Made by a program: the position numbers and the translations under genes. Shown here in pieces: positions 37,569 to 47,355 of a stretch of 64,000 nt of DNA (its first letter is position 1; every line of letters starts with the position of its first letter). The stretch covers positions 56,285 through 120,284 of the forward strand of contig CAZLHJ010000001.1 of NCBI GenBank assembly GCA_964559675.1, in the 5' to 3' direction. The notes under the pieces were generated by a model. The model was not told the origin of the DNA. It searched no databases and saw only the letters and a program-made list of their open reading frames with translations. The stretch is from Candidatus Woesearchaeota archaeon (GTDB taxonomy: Archaea; Nanobdellota; Nanobdellia; Pacearchaeales; GW2011-AR1).

Positions 37569-37807
37569 AAAGAAACCTTTTTAACTTCATATTTAAACTT
37601 TTCATAAGAGTTTAATGTATAAAACCCATAACTTCCAAAACATATATAAACTAAATTCACTTTCAAATATCATGCAAAGAGGAAATAGTCAAATGACTTG
37701 GAATAATTCTAAATTTACATTTGTAGCTATTGCCCTGATTGCAGTTTGTTTTAAGCCGATCGATGTCAGGGCCTAAACAAATAAACTAAATTTTTTCTAC
37801 TGAACAA

Positions 37808-38137
37808 ATGGCCCGAAATAAAACTAATACTACTGGTAGCATTGAATTTCCTAGAGTTCTTCCTCAATTAAAGGACTTGGATAAACTTAATTTAGATAAT
37901 GCAATAAAACGGCTTCTTAGAGAAGAAGCAAAATTATTCATTTATAGAAACAAGGTAATAGAAGTTAAAGATGAAACAATATGCTGTCATAAATGTTTAA
38001 ACGCGCACTTAGTCAAGACTTGGAACGATATGGGTCTAGATGGAGAAGGTGCAATAAAGCACTTAAAATTATGTGAAAAAGATATAGGTCACGAAGGATA
38101 TTACCTAGATGAAGAAAAACTTATCTCTTTATCTTAA
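37808..38137 (+). CDS. hypothetical Cys-containing protein
   Basis: 109-aa ORF with CCHKC...C. Confidence 0.35.
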   Translation: MARNKTNTTGSIEFPRVLPQLKDLDKLNLDNAIKRLLREEAKLFIYRNKVIEVKDETICCHKCLNAHLVKTWNDMGLDGEGAIKHLKLCEKDIGHEGYYLDEEKLISLS

Positions 38138-40081
38138 TTTTTTCATTTGAGAACCGATAAATTGTTGATGTTCAGATCTATCCACAACTCTTCTTACTTT
38201 GTAGAAATCTTCTCTCTTAGATCTTTCTACTTTTACGCTTCCCATTACTCTGGATTGTAATTCTCTAGAAATTAAGAATTCGTTATTAGAATAATCTGAG
38301 ATTTTCTTTGTTTTTATAACGGTATTTCCAATACTTGCGAATTTGAATTTTCCACCAGTTAAATCTACAACTAATTCTCCAATATGTGCTCCAATTCCAT
38401 AATCTATTTTCAATTTAGCTCCAGAATTGAACATATTTATTGAATCTTCAATTTGTTTAGCAACTTTAACAGCAACAAAACTATTATCTTCTTGTCCGGT
38501 CATTTTCTTTGTAAACATAATCAATCTATGATTTCCGTCGATAAATATTCTTGCTCCAGAGCTCTTTGCACTCATCAAAGCTTCTTCAACTACTTTAAGC
38601 CCTTGTGCTCCCTCTAAAGAATTATTTAATTCTCTATGGTTTCTTAAATATAATGAAACTATTCCTACTTGCTCTTTATTGCCTTGGTCCATGACTTCAG
38701 TTTTTCCCTCAGGCTTGGTCTTTTCTCTCCCAAATAATCTCTTTGTTTCAATACTTGTTACAGGAATAGAATCTTTCCTTCTCTTTCTATAATAAATAGC
38801 CAAGGTTGCTGCTAATATAATTAAAACCAAGACAAACCATGTAATAAATGCATATTTTCCAACAAACACTTCTCCAACGCTATCTACTCCAATTATTCTA
38901 GGTGTTAAGAAAGTTCTTCCAAGAGGAATTTCTCCAACTCCATCATTAACAAATACATCATATTCTCCCTTTGGAGCTTCTAATCTAATCCTTAACATCC
39001 CATTCACTGGAACATTTACTTCTCTAATTTCAGAAATCTCTCCAATTTTTACTTCAACAGGTTTTTTATATGGCACATTACCTTCATTAATTACAAATAA
39101 TGTTGAATTCTCGACGAAGAAGTTAACTTTTTCAAATTCTTCAACAAAGAATAATCTTTCATATTTCAAATCACTAAAGGTAGTTATTATTTTAGAATAT
39201 CCGCTAGAATAATTTCTAACTATCTCTAATTTTCTACTCTCGCCCGATTTAACTAATTCTTCCTTTATTAAATTTCCATTTGAATCATAAATTTGAGCAG
39301 CAATATTTTCATTTATTTTCTCTCCAGTTTGATCTTTTAATGTAATTTGATAAGATATTGAGTTTTCAGGAATTATATTTTGAACATCAGTCGCAATATC
39401 TATCTTACTAGGAACTTGTTTTATTCTTATTAAAAGACTTGAACTTCCCTTATTTAATGTGTTTCCATTATCATCTTTTTCTGAAGCATCGATTTTTAAT
39501 TTAAACTCTCCCGCTTTTGCATTTCCAGGAAGAGTTAAATTAGCGTCAAAGTTTCCATCTATTATTCTCGCATTTGTTTTAGCCTCAATGCCTTCAATCG
39601 AGATATCAACAAAACCATTAATTAAATCTCCATTTTTCTTAGCTACTTTTCCACCAACATAAACTACATCAGATGGATTAAAGATGGACTTAGAAATATC
39701 TACGTTTAAATCTAAATCTCTAGAAATTTCAAATTTCTGACTACTTGAAGTTTCAGAATCAAATTCTGCCTGAATAAAACATTCTCCTTGAAGATTTTCA
39801 ACAAAAACTCCTAACAAATTAATAGAAATTCCAACTTGCTTATCAATACCTTGTTTTACGCTATAAGGGCTCTTCAATAATTCTATGCTACTATTTCCAC
39901 AAACTAAATCTGCAATTAAAAAATCATTAATATTTTTCCCGTAACTTAATGTGATATCGACATCAAAATTATCTCCTATATTATAATAACTAGAAGGTTG
40001 AGAAAAGAAAATTTCAGCACTTACAGATGTTATTAAAAGAGCAGAAACTAGCACTCCCAATAGTAATCCTCTTTTTATCAT
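38129..40081 (-). CDS. receptor-like membrane protein: signal peptide, about 380-aa extracellular region, one TM helix, cytoplasmic degenerate class-III nucleotidyl-cyclase homology domain
   Basis: Signal peptide MIKRGLLLGVLVSALLITSVSA; TM ITWFVLVLIILAATLAIYY. The C-terminal GIGAHIGELVVDLTGGKFKFASIGNTVIKTKKIS and GARIFIDGNHRLIMF align with the CHD blocks (GIHtGpvvaGviG.kr..Y.v.GdtVN.AsR and kfIGDavMavF), but the canonical metal-binding Asp residues are not conserved. Confidence 0.5.
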   Translation of the reverse strand: MIKRGLLLGVLVSALLITSVSAEIFFSQPSSYYNIGDNFDVDITLSYGKNINDFLIADLVCGNSSIELLKSPYSVKQGIDKQVGISINLLGVFVENLQGECFIQAEFDSETSSSQKFEISRDLDLNVDISKSIFNPSDVVYVGGKVAKKNGDLINGFVDISIEGIEAKTNARIIDGNFDANLTLPGNAKAGEFKLKIDASEKDDNGNTLNKGSSSLLIRIKQVPSKIDIATDVQNIIPENSISYQITLKDQTGEKINENIAAQIYDSNGNLIKEELVKSGESRKLEIVRNYSSGYSKIITTFSDLKYERLFFVEEFEKVNFFVENSTLFVINEGNVPYKKPVEVKIGEISEIREVNVPVNGMLRIRLEAPKGEYDVFVNDGVGEIPLGRTFLTPRIIGVDSVGEVFVGKYAFITWFVLVLIILAATLAIYYRKRRKDSIPVTSIETKRLFGREKTKPEGKTEVMDQGNKEQVGIVSLYLRNHRELNNSLEGAQGLKVVEEALMSAKSSGARIFIDGNHRLIMFTKKMTGQEDNSFVAVKVAKQIEDSINMFNSGAKLKIDYGIGAHIGELVVDLTGGKFKFASIGNTVIKTKKISDYSNNEFLISRELQSRVMGSVKVERSKREDFYKVRRVVDRSEHQQFIGSQMKKLR

Positions 40082-40164
40082 GGGTTTTTAAAAGAACTTT
40101 TATATTTAAAGCTTATTGCTCTTCTTTCACGAATCTTTATAAATAAATAAAACTAATTCTTTTC

Positions 40165-41271
40165 ATGTCAAATAAAGAATCAGTGGTAAATCCATGGGAA
40201 GTTTCTGGAGATATTGATTATAATAAATTAGTAAAAGAATTTGGAGTAAGCATAATTCCAGATAATTTAAAAAAAGAATTCAAAAATCTTCATCCATTAT
40301 TAAGAAGAAGCATCTATTTTGCCCATAGAGATTTTGACAAATGGATAGAGAACCATAAAAAAGGTAAAAAAGTCTCAATTATTACAGGAAGAGGCCCATC
40401 TGAAAAAATGCACCTTGGCCACTTAGTTCCATTTTTAGTTGCAAAATCTCTCCAAGATCAATTTGATTGCGAAGTATTCATTCCAATTTCAGATGACGAA
40501 AAATTCTTCGTTAAAGAAGACTTGAATTTCAAAAATGCTTTAGAGTATTCTAAAGATAATATCTTAGATTTAATCGCACTTGGATTTAAACCAGGAAAAA
40601 CATTCATATTTCAAGACTTTGTCTACACAAATATCTACAAATACGCCGCCCAAGTTGCAAAAAGAATTAATTATTCTACTGCAAAAGCAGCTTTCGGATT
40701 AAAACCAGAAAATAATATCGGATGGAGCTTTTATCCAGCAGTTCAAGCAGCGCATATTTTATTCCCTCAATTTCAAAGGGGCAAACACCTTTCTTTAGTT
40801 CCAGTGGGGATAGATCAAGATCCATTTATCAGATTAACAAGGGATATAGCAAATCATAAAGATTTCAATTTTGAGAAACCTGCAGCAATCCACGCCCAAT
40901 TTATTCCTTCCTTACACGGAGGGGCAAAGATGAGTTCTTCTGGAGAAGGAGTAATCTTCTTATCAGATACTCCAAAGGAAGTTGAGAAGAAAATAAAGAG
41001 GTATGCCTTTTCAGGAGGAAGAGATACATTAGAAGAACATAGAAAATTAGGTGGAAATCCAGATGTAGATGTCTCATTCCAATACCTTAGAATTTTCTTT
41101 GAACCAGACGACATAGAATTAAAGAAAATAGAAAATGATTATCGAACTGGAAAATTACTTTCAGGTGAATTGAAACAAATTACAATTGATAAAATAAATG
41201 CATTTCTCAAAGAACATCAAGAGAACAAAAAGAAAGCCGAGAATCTCGTTGATAAATTTATATTAAAATAA
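40165..41271 (+). CDS. trpS: tryptophanyl-tRNA synthetase (archaeal/eukaryotic type)
   Basis: Class I HIGH-type motif MHLGHLVPF and KMSSS; archaeal-type N-terminal region. Confidence 0.9.
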   Translation: MSNKESVVNPWEVSGDIDYNKLVKEFGVSIIPDNLKKEFKNLHPLLRRSIYFAHRDFDKWIENHKKGKKVSIITGRGPSEKMHLGHLVPFLVAKSLQDQFDCEVFIPISDDEKFFVKEDLNFKNALEYSKDNILDLIALGFKPGKTFIFQDFVYTNIYKYAAQVAKRINYSTAKAAFGLKPENNIGWSFYPAVQAAHILFPQFQRGKHLSLVPVGIDQDPFIRLTRDIANHKDFNFEKPAAIHAQFIPSLHGGAKMSSSGEGVIFLSDTPKEVEKKIKRYAFSGGRDTLEEHRKLGGNPDVDVSFQYLRIFFEPDDIELKKIENDYRTGKLLSGELKQITIDKINAFLKEHQENKKKAENLVDKFILK

Positions 41272-41329
41272 ATTGAGACTTTTTATTAAAATTCTTAATT
41301 ACAATAATAATCTAAATAAGAAAAACTAA

Positions 41330-41758
41330 TTATCTCTCTTCTTCTTCTTCAGATTCTTCGTCAGAATCATCAGACTCTTCATCAGATAAATCTTCTTCAG
41401 AATCATCATAGTCAATTTCTAATTCACTTAGAACTTGTAAAATCTTATCTAACTTAGCATTAATTTGGTCAAATTGCTCAGAAGATACTCCTCCAGCAGA
41501 TGATCCGTGTTTCTTAGCATCAAAGCAGTTATCACATAATACTGGTTTACTTCCAGTTGGTCTAAATGGAACTTGACATCTCTTTCCACATTTATCACAT
41601 GTAGCATCAAACATTTCAGTAGTACCATCTCTTCCAAATGATCTTCCTCTTCCTCTATCTCCACCGAAGCTTCTTCCTCCGCCAGATCTACCTCTATCTC
41701 CACCGAATGATCTTCCACCACCGGATCTTCCTCGACTATCTCTTCCAAAGTTTCCCAT
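41330..41758 (-). CDS. small protein with RGG/GRSFGG N-terminus, C4 zinc ribbon and acidic Ser/Asp/Glu tail
   Basis: GGGRSFGGDRGRSGGGRSFGGDRGRGRSFG ... CDKCGKRC...CDNC ... DDSEEDLSDEESDDSDEESEEEEER. Confidence 0.6.
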   Translation of the reverse strand: MGNFGRDSRGRSGGGRSFGGDRGRSGGGRSFGGDRGRGRSFGRDGTTEMFDATCDKCGKRCQVPFRPTGSKPVLCDNCFDAKKHGSSAGGVSSEQFDQINAKLDKILQVLSELEIDYDDSEEDLSDEESDDSDEESEEEEER

Positions 41759-41853
41759 AGAGATTTACTAAATCGTGGGTATTTAAAGGTATGTTATTTT
41801 GAAGTATCCTCCTTACACCTTAAATTAAAACTCCTTCAAGGCTTTCCAGAATA

Positions 41854-43164
41854 ATGGCTAAAGTAATAATTATAGGAGGAGGGCTTTCAGGGCTATCGTG
41901 TGCAGCAAAACTCATTGAAGAAGGCTTCGAAGTAGAAATATACGAAAAAGAATCCGAATTAGGGGGAAGGGCTTCAAATTGGATTGAGAAGGGAAAACCC
42001 ATTGAAAGTGGAGTTCACACATATTTCGGAATTTATTCTCATCTCTCTAAACTATTAAGAAAAGCAAATATCGATCTAAATAGTTTTTTGAAATGGCAAT
42101 ACTCAATTACATTCATAGGAAAAGATAAGAAAAAATATGTTTATGCACTAAATCCAATCCTCGCCCCAATAACTTTCTTAAAAGGAGTGTTTGGAAATAA
42201 TTCATTCCTATCTTTTTATGATAAATTCACTTTACTAAAATCAGTAATTTATGGCTTAACCTTTTTCAATTATTACAAGAAGCATACCTTAAGGGAATGG
42301 AAGAAAGATTCAAATTTATCAGAAAACGCATACGAAAACTTTATTAGGCCTCTTGTGAGAGGTTTAACCTTTGCAGAACCTGAGGAATTAAGTGCAAGGG
42401 TCTTCTTTAATTTACTTTTACACATGATAAAAAACCCCCTGAATGTCAAAGCAGGTAGTTTCAAAGGAGGAATGACAGATGTAATGATAAATCCGTTAGC
42501 AAAATGGTTAAAAAATAAAGGAGTTAAGATACACACAGATTCAGAAATATCTTCTTTAATCTACTCTAATCAAGATAACTCAATTAATGGAATAAAATTA
42601 AAAAATGGAAAAATAAAAAGTGCAGATATTTATGTTTCTGCAATACAATTAGAATTTATCCAGAAACTACTTCCAAATAAACTCTTCACAGAACTAAAAT
42701 CTATTGAAACTGTTCCTGCCACCTCAGTTCAAATCTTATTTGATAAAAAATTAATCTTTAATGATGATTTTCATTTCTTAGCAAGAAGTCCGTTCATAAT
42801 ATTTCAAGATGAATCTAATACTTTCTACCCCTCAATATCAAGTTATTTATCTGGACAAATTACAGATAGGAAAACAGACAAATTCTCAGATAAGGCACTC
42901 TTATATCTAGCCCTTAAACAGATTAATTTGTATCTCCCACAATCTAAGGATTCACAAGTAATTAAATCACATATTGTTAGGCACAATGCCATATTGCTTA
43001 CCCCTAAAAATTACAAGCTAAGGCCGGAGGCAAAAACAAAAATCTCCAATTTATTTCTAGCAGGAGATTACGTTAAACAAGAATGGTATACAACAATGGA
43101 AGGCGCAGTTAGGGGTGGAGAATTAGCCGCGAAAGAAATTATCTCTAAATTTTCCCCCATCTAG
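41854..43164 (+). CDS. FAD-dependent oxidoreductase (amine-oxidase/phytoene-desaturase-like)
   Basis: N-terminal dinucleotide-binding fingerprint KVIIIGGGLSGLSCAAKL...EKESELGGRA. Confidence 0.8.
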   Translation: MAKVIIIGGGLSGLSCAAKLIEEGFEVEIYEKESELGGRASNWIEKGKPIESGVHTYFGIYSHLSKLLRKANIDLNSFLKWQYSITFIGKDKKKYVYALNPILAPITFLKGVFGNNSFLSFYDKFTLLKSVIYGLTFFNYYKKHTLREWKKDSNLSENAYENFIRPLVRGLTFAEPEELSARVFFNLLLHMIKNPLNVKAGSFKGGMTDVMINPLAKWLKNKGVKIHTDSEISSLIYSNQDNSINGIKLKNGKIKSADIYVSAIQLEFIQKLLPNKLFTELKSIETVPATSVQILFDKKLIFNDDFHFLARSPFIIFQDESNTFYPSISSYLSGQITDRKTDKFSDKALLYLALKQINLYLPQSKDSQVIKSHIVRHNAILLTPKNYKLRPEAKTKISNLFLAGDYVKQEWYTTMEGAVRGGELAAKEIISKFSPI

Positions 43165-43660
43165 ACCCATGTCCTCTAGAATCTATATGTGTAAAATTAT
43201 GATATTTACCAAGTCCTCCTCTGTTACCCCAATGAGGATTTAAACGGTCATAAACTTCAATCGGATTAACTCCTCTAACAACAAAATCTACTGCAATCCC
43301 TTCTAAATGCTTACTATTCTCTTCACCACCAACTTTCTTATTTGAAACAGGATCTCTATACCAAGAGTTAACTGTGATGGGTTTATTTCCAAAATAGTCT
43401 CTCACTTCTTCCATAAAATTGGCAGCTTCTAAAATTCCTTTCACAATCTTTTCATTATTGGGAATTCTTGTTCCGTTCTTTGTCGCTTCTGCCCAATTAA
43501 AATGTCCTCCATTTAGAATTTTATCTCTTAATGAGACTTCTCCAACGTAAGGCAAAACTAATTTTCCAGTATTCGCTTCAGCAATATTTTGGGAAAAACC
43601 ATACGTGCTCATTCCTGCGACAATAAGCCCTTTAAGAAAATCTCTTCTACTTCCTTCCAT
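43145..43660 (-). CDS. Tat-signal peptidase M15 (D-Ala-D-Ala carboxypeptidase/VanY/DUF882-like) zinc hydrolase
   Basis: Twin-arginine signal MEGSRRDFLKGLIVAGMS; SWYRDPVSNKKVGGEENSKHLEGIAVDF...GGLGKYHNFTHIDSR matches the M15 pattern (SxHxxGxAxD...H). Confidence 0.75.
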   Translation of the reverse strand: MEGSRRDFLKGLIVAGMSTYGFSQNIAEANTGKLVLPYVGEVSLRDKILNGGHFNWAEATKNGTRIPNNEKIVKGILEAANFMEEVRDYFGNKPITVNSWYRDPVSNKKVGGEENSKHLEGIAVDFVVRGVNPIEVYDRLNPHWGNRGGLGKYHNFTHIDSRGHGSRWGKI

Positions 43661-43904
43661 ACTCCCTTTCCTCTTTTTTATCTAACTCTCCAAATAATTT
43701 TCTCTCAAATTCACCATCACTCTCTCCGTATTTGATTGAAGTCGGATTTCTGTTATATTCTTCTTCTGTTTGAACTCTTGTTAAATTATAATCTTTAGAA
43801 TCCTCAACGCATCTAACTACATTTCCAATTAAAACAGTACCTACTAATCCTCCAACAATCGCGGTTTCAATAGCTCTTCTTTTTATAAAATCTTTAAGTG
43901 ACAT
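43647..43904 (-). CDS. small membrane protein
   Basis: 85-aa ORF with one TM helix; overlaps the M15 gene start. Confidence 0.35.
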   Translation of the reverse strand: MSLKDFIKRRAIETAIVGGLVGTVLIGNVVRCVEDSKDYNLTRVQTEEEYNRNPTSIKYGESDGEFERKLFGELDKKEEREYGRK

Positions 43905-44037
43905 TTCACCAACCTCCTTCTTTAAAGCGCTGGTAAAATCAATTCACATTTTCCCTTTTTAAATCTTTCTATTTGTAGTTACTAGATAATAATAACACTT
44001 TAGAAAAGCTTAAATACTCAAATTTCATTATTTTTTT

Positions 44038-44613
44038 ATGAATTTAAATCCATTCACAGTAGTAGACAACGCCTTAGTCTACGGAGCATCCAAATTAACT
44101 CACGCGAATTGGGCAACCGGAGAAACTCGAGCTCAATTAGCAAATAAAATGCTAACAATAGGTTCAATAAGCCAATCTGTCGGCCTACCTCCCACTGCCC
44201 CTCTTTGGTTAGGTATAGCTCATCTTCATCAAAAACGAAATAATAAAGCTGACGAATTGGACTCACAAGCAAATGAAAATTCAGCAATTGATTTAAATCG
44301 TCAAGAATACCATATTTTCATGAGTTATATATTTGGTGCACTAGCAAATTATCATTTTCTTAATCAAGATGAAGGCCCTATTGTTGAATTCGCACATACT
44401 CTTTTAGGTGCAGGCCATTCATTAGTCTCAGCATCGCACTTCGTCATGAGAACACCATACTTACCTCCAAAGAAAAACTGCGTAAGAAGAGGAGTTGACA
44501 AATTATCTGAGATGGTTGAAAAATACAAACCACAACCAAAAACAGAAAGAGAGGCTTTACCTATTCCAGCTTTAGTCAACAATAAAAACTATTTATTAGA
44601 GAATTTAATCTAA
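44038..44613 (+). CDS. hypothetical protein
   Basis: 191-aa ORF between the two hydrolase-like genes. Confidence 0.35.
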   Translation: MNLNPFTVVDNALVYGASKLTHANWATGETRAQLANKMLTIGSISQSVGLPPTAPLWLGIAHLHQKRNNKADELDSQANENSAIDLNRQEYHIFMSYIFGALANYHFLNQDEGPIVEFAHTLLGAGHSLVSASHFVMRTPYLPPKKNCVRRGVDKLSEMVEKYKPQPKTEREALPIPALVNNKNYLLENLI

Positions 44614-45197
44614 GAAGCTCTTCGCAATAAAGTATCTCGAATAATTTCAACAGGTCGATTATTTATCTCTATTAATTGTCTAAGTGAAACCACTCTTCTC
44701 TCTGAAATTCTTTGCTCTCCTAAAATTAGAGTTCCGCTTGGAAGCTCGCCTAAAAATACTCCTACATGAGTATATCTCACAGGTTTTCCTTCCCTATCTA
44801 AATTTTTATTGAATCTACTTCCAGGATGATAAATACCAATAAGATCTCCCTTTCCAATTTCACCATTTCTAAATTGCTCTTGAAAATCATGAACTTGAAT
44901 TGTCTCATAAACTAAATGTAAATCCCATGCTGAAGCTAAACAATCTTGTGAAGGAGCATATCTTTTACCAAAAACCTCATTTGCAACTATTCTAGCATAT
45001 TTTACACAATGAAGTGGTGGAATAAAATCTAAATTATATATTGGAAATTCACAAACACTTCCATCATTTAATTTAATCAAATCCACTCCAGATTTTAGAT
45101 CGTCTTCTTCTACTCGTAATTTAGTTATATATGAGCTATCAACCATTCCATGATTTTTGACATCAACATCTTTAAATATATCTTTTTTCTCCCACAA
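44610..45197 (-). CDS. NlpC/P60-like (papain-fold) hydrolase
   Basis: Cys motif APSQDCLASAWDLHLVY (DCSG-like) followed by the His motif RYTHVGVFLG. No signal peptide. Confidence 0.55.
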   Translation of the reverse strand: MWEKKDIFKDVDVKNHGMVDSSYITKLRVEEDDLKSGVDLIKLNDGSVCEFPIYNLDFIPPLHCVKYARIVANEVFGKRYAPSQDCLASAWDLHLVYETIQVHDFQEQFRNGEIGKGDLIGIYHPGSRFNKNLDREGKPVRYTHVGVFLGELPSGTLILGEQRISERRVVSLRQLIEINNRPVEIIRDTLLRRAS

Positions 45198-45199
45198 TT

Positions 45200-46927
45200 A
45201 TGAAGATATTGACATTACATTGCGATTATATCAAATATAAACCCTTGAAGAAAGCTTTCAAGGATGCAGAGGAACTTAAAAACAAAGAACAAGTAGAAGT
45301 TAGTGAGCCGCTTGTAGTTTTAGCAGCAGTTGAAAAAGGAGATTCAGACTCAGAGGTAAAAAAAGTTGTTGAATCAATCGATAAAACTGCTAAAGAAGTA
45401 AAAGCAGAAAATATTGTAGTTTATCCTTATGCTCATCTCTCATCTAATTTATCCAACCCAAACACCGCTTTAGGATACTTAACAGAAATAACAAAATCTC
45501 TCCAGAAATTAAAATATAATGTAGAGAGGGCACCATTCGGACATTACAAAGAATTCGAATTAAAAGTAAAGGGGCATCCATTATCTGAATTATCCAAAAC
45601 TTTCATTTCAGAAATTCAATCTAGTAAGGCAGAATCTAAAGAAGAGGAAAAAGAAGAAGATATTTCTAAGCTTCTTAAAGAGATTTCACGTTCAAAACTA
45701 GATACAAGTAAACTAAAAGAAAACGACCACAGAATTCTCGGACAAAAATTAGATTTATTTTCATTTAACGAATCAGCTCCTGGAAGTGTATTCTGGCACC
45801 CTAATGGGCAAATATTATATGCAGAACTTGTAAGATTTTCAAAAGAAATTCAAAAAGATTTAGGATATCACGAAGTATCCACCCCTCAGATTTACGATAA
45901 TAAATTATGGAAAGTTTCAGGACATTGGGGAAAATACAAAGAAAATATGTTTTTAACAAATTATGAAGGAAAAGATGCTGCAGTAAAACCGATGAATTGT
46001 CCAGGACATCATCTTTTATTTAGAACCAAAACGCGAAGTTATAAAGACCTTCCATTAAGATTTTCAGAATACTCTCCATTACACAGAATGGAATTATCGG
46101 GAGTATTAAATGGATTATTCAGAGTAATTAGATTACATCAAGACGACGCACATATATTTATCGCACCAGAGCAATTAGAGAGCGAAGCAACAAATGTACT
46201 AAATCTTTTCAAGCAGTTTTTAGATAAATTCGGATTTACTTATACTTTTACCTTAAGTGTAAGAAGTAAAGAAAAGAAAGACAAATATCTTGGAGACGAT
46301 AAATTATGGAAAGAAGCAGAAGATTCGCTTGAAAAAGTTCTAAATAAAAATAAACTTAAATTCGAAAGAATGGAAGGGGAAGCAAAATTCTATGGTCCAA
46401 GTCTAGATGTTCAGATAAGAGACTCCCTTGGAAGAGAATGGCAATGCTCCACTCTTCAAGTAGACTTTAACCTTCCTAGAAGATTTGAATTACAATACAC
46501 TGGAGAAGATAATAAACCACACATGCCAATAGTTTTACACAGGGCAGTTTTCGGTTCTTTAGAAAGATTCATTGGAATACTATTGGAGCATTTAAATGGA
46601 AATCTTCCAGTCTGGCTTTCACCAATTCAAGTAAGAGTAATTAATTTCACAGACAGAAATACAAAAACAGCTGAGAAAATAATAGAAAAGTTACAAAAAG
46701 AAATTCCTTCTTTAAGAATTGACTCAGACTTAAGAAATACCACCGTAAATGATAAAGTTAGAGACGCCGAATTAATGAAAATACCTAATATTGTAGTAAT
46801 CGGAGATAAAGAGGAGGAAAAAGGAACTTTAGCAGTAAGAAGACGTGGCGAAAAGAAACCTGAATTCGGAGTAAAATTAGAAGATTTTGTTAAAGAATTA
46901 AAAGATAAAATTGAGAAGAGAAATTAA
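45200..46927 (+). CDS. thrS: threonyl-tRNA synthetase (archaeal type with N-terminal editing domain)
   Basis: Archaeal N-terminal editing domain and class II core (FWHPNGQ..., MNCPGH, motif 3 region). Confidence 0.9.
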   Translation: MKILTLHCDYIKYKPLKKAFKDAEELKNKEQVEVSEPLVVLAAVEKGDSDSEVKKVVESIDKTAKEVKAENIVVYPYAHLSSNLSNPNTALGYLTEITKSLQKLKYNVERAPFGHYKEFELKVKGHPLSELSKTFISEIQSSKAESKEEEKEEDISKLLKEISRSKLDTSKLKENDHRILGQKLDLFSFNESAPGSVFWHPNGQILYAELVRFSKEIQKDLGYHEVSTPQIYDNKLWKVSGHWGKYKENMFLTNYEGKDAAVKPMNCPGHHLLFRTKTRSYKDLPLRFSEYSPLHRMELSGVLNGLFRVIRLHQDDAHIFIAPEQLESEATNVLNLFKQFLDKFGFTYTFTLSVRSKEKKDKYLGDDKLWKEAEDSLEKVLNKNKLKFERMEGEAKFYGPSLDVQIRDSLGREWQCSTLQVDFNLPRRFELQYTGEDNKPHMPIVLHRAVFGSLERFIGILLEHLNGNLPVWLSPIQVRVINFTDRNTKTAEKIIEKLQKEIPSLRIDSDLRNTTVNDKVRDAELMKIPNIVVIGDKEEEKGTLAVRRRGEKKPEFGVKLEDFVKELKDKIEKRN

Positions 46928-47268
46928 GTGCTTCTTGAATTTACTCTGTTCCTAGGAGTATAACTTCCATTTGAGCTTCTACCTCTTCTTGAACCAGATT
47001 CATCCCCGCCCCTTCCAGAGGCATTCGAAAATCTAGTCTCTCCTAACCCTATTTTTTTCATTCTTGGATCTGTGGGTTTTAATGCAATATGTCCTAACAT
47101 ACTCTCAAGGGCCCTCTGAAGAGTAATTTTCCTTAAACTAACTTCAGAAGATCTAGGAATAATGTACGGATCATCTCTCCCAACTATTGAAATGGCCATA
47201 TATCTCTCTCCAAGCTCGTTTTCATCAAGTTTTTCTTGATATTTTTGGTTTATTTCATAAACTCTCAT
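46924..47268 (-). CDS. hypothetical protein with Arg/Ser/Gly-rich tail
   Basis: 114-aa ORF. Confidence 0.35.
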   Translation of the reverse strand: MRVYEINQKYQEKLDENELGERYMAISIVGRDDPYIIPRSSEVSLRKITLQRALESMLGHIALKPTDPRMKKIGLGETRFSNASGRGGDESGSRRGRSSNGSYTPRNRVNSRST

Positions 47269-47355
47269 GTTGTTAAATCAAAACAACCATTTTTAAAACT
47301 ATCTCCTAAAAACTTATAAACTCCTTCAATCACATTTACATCATAAAAGAGCAAA

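Noticed and set aside
37678-37782. 34-aa ORF MQRGNSQMTWNNSKFTFVAIALIAVCFKPIDVRA in the spacer before 37808
   Set aside because: It is a possible small membrane protein, but below any reliable calling threshold without conservation data.
41449-41748. 99-aa acidic ORF overlapping the RGG/zinc-ribbon gene in another frame
   Set aside because: It is a frame artefact of the Gly/Arg repeat DNA. The zinc-ribbon frame has coherent domain structure.
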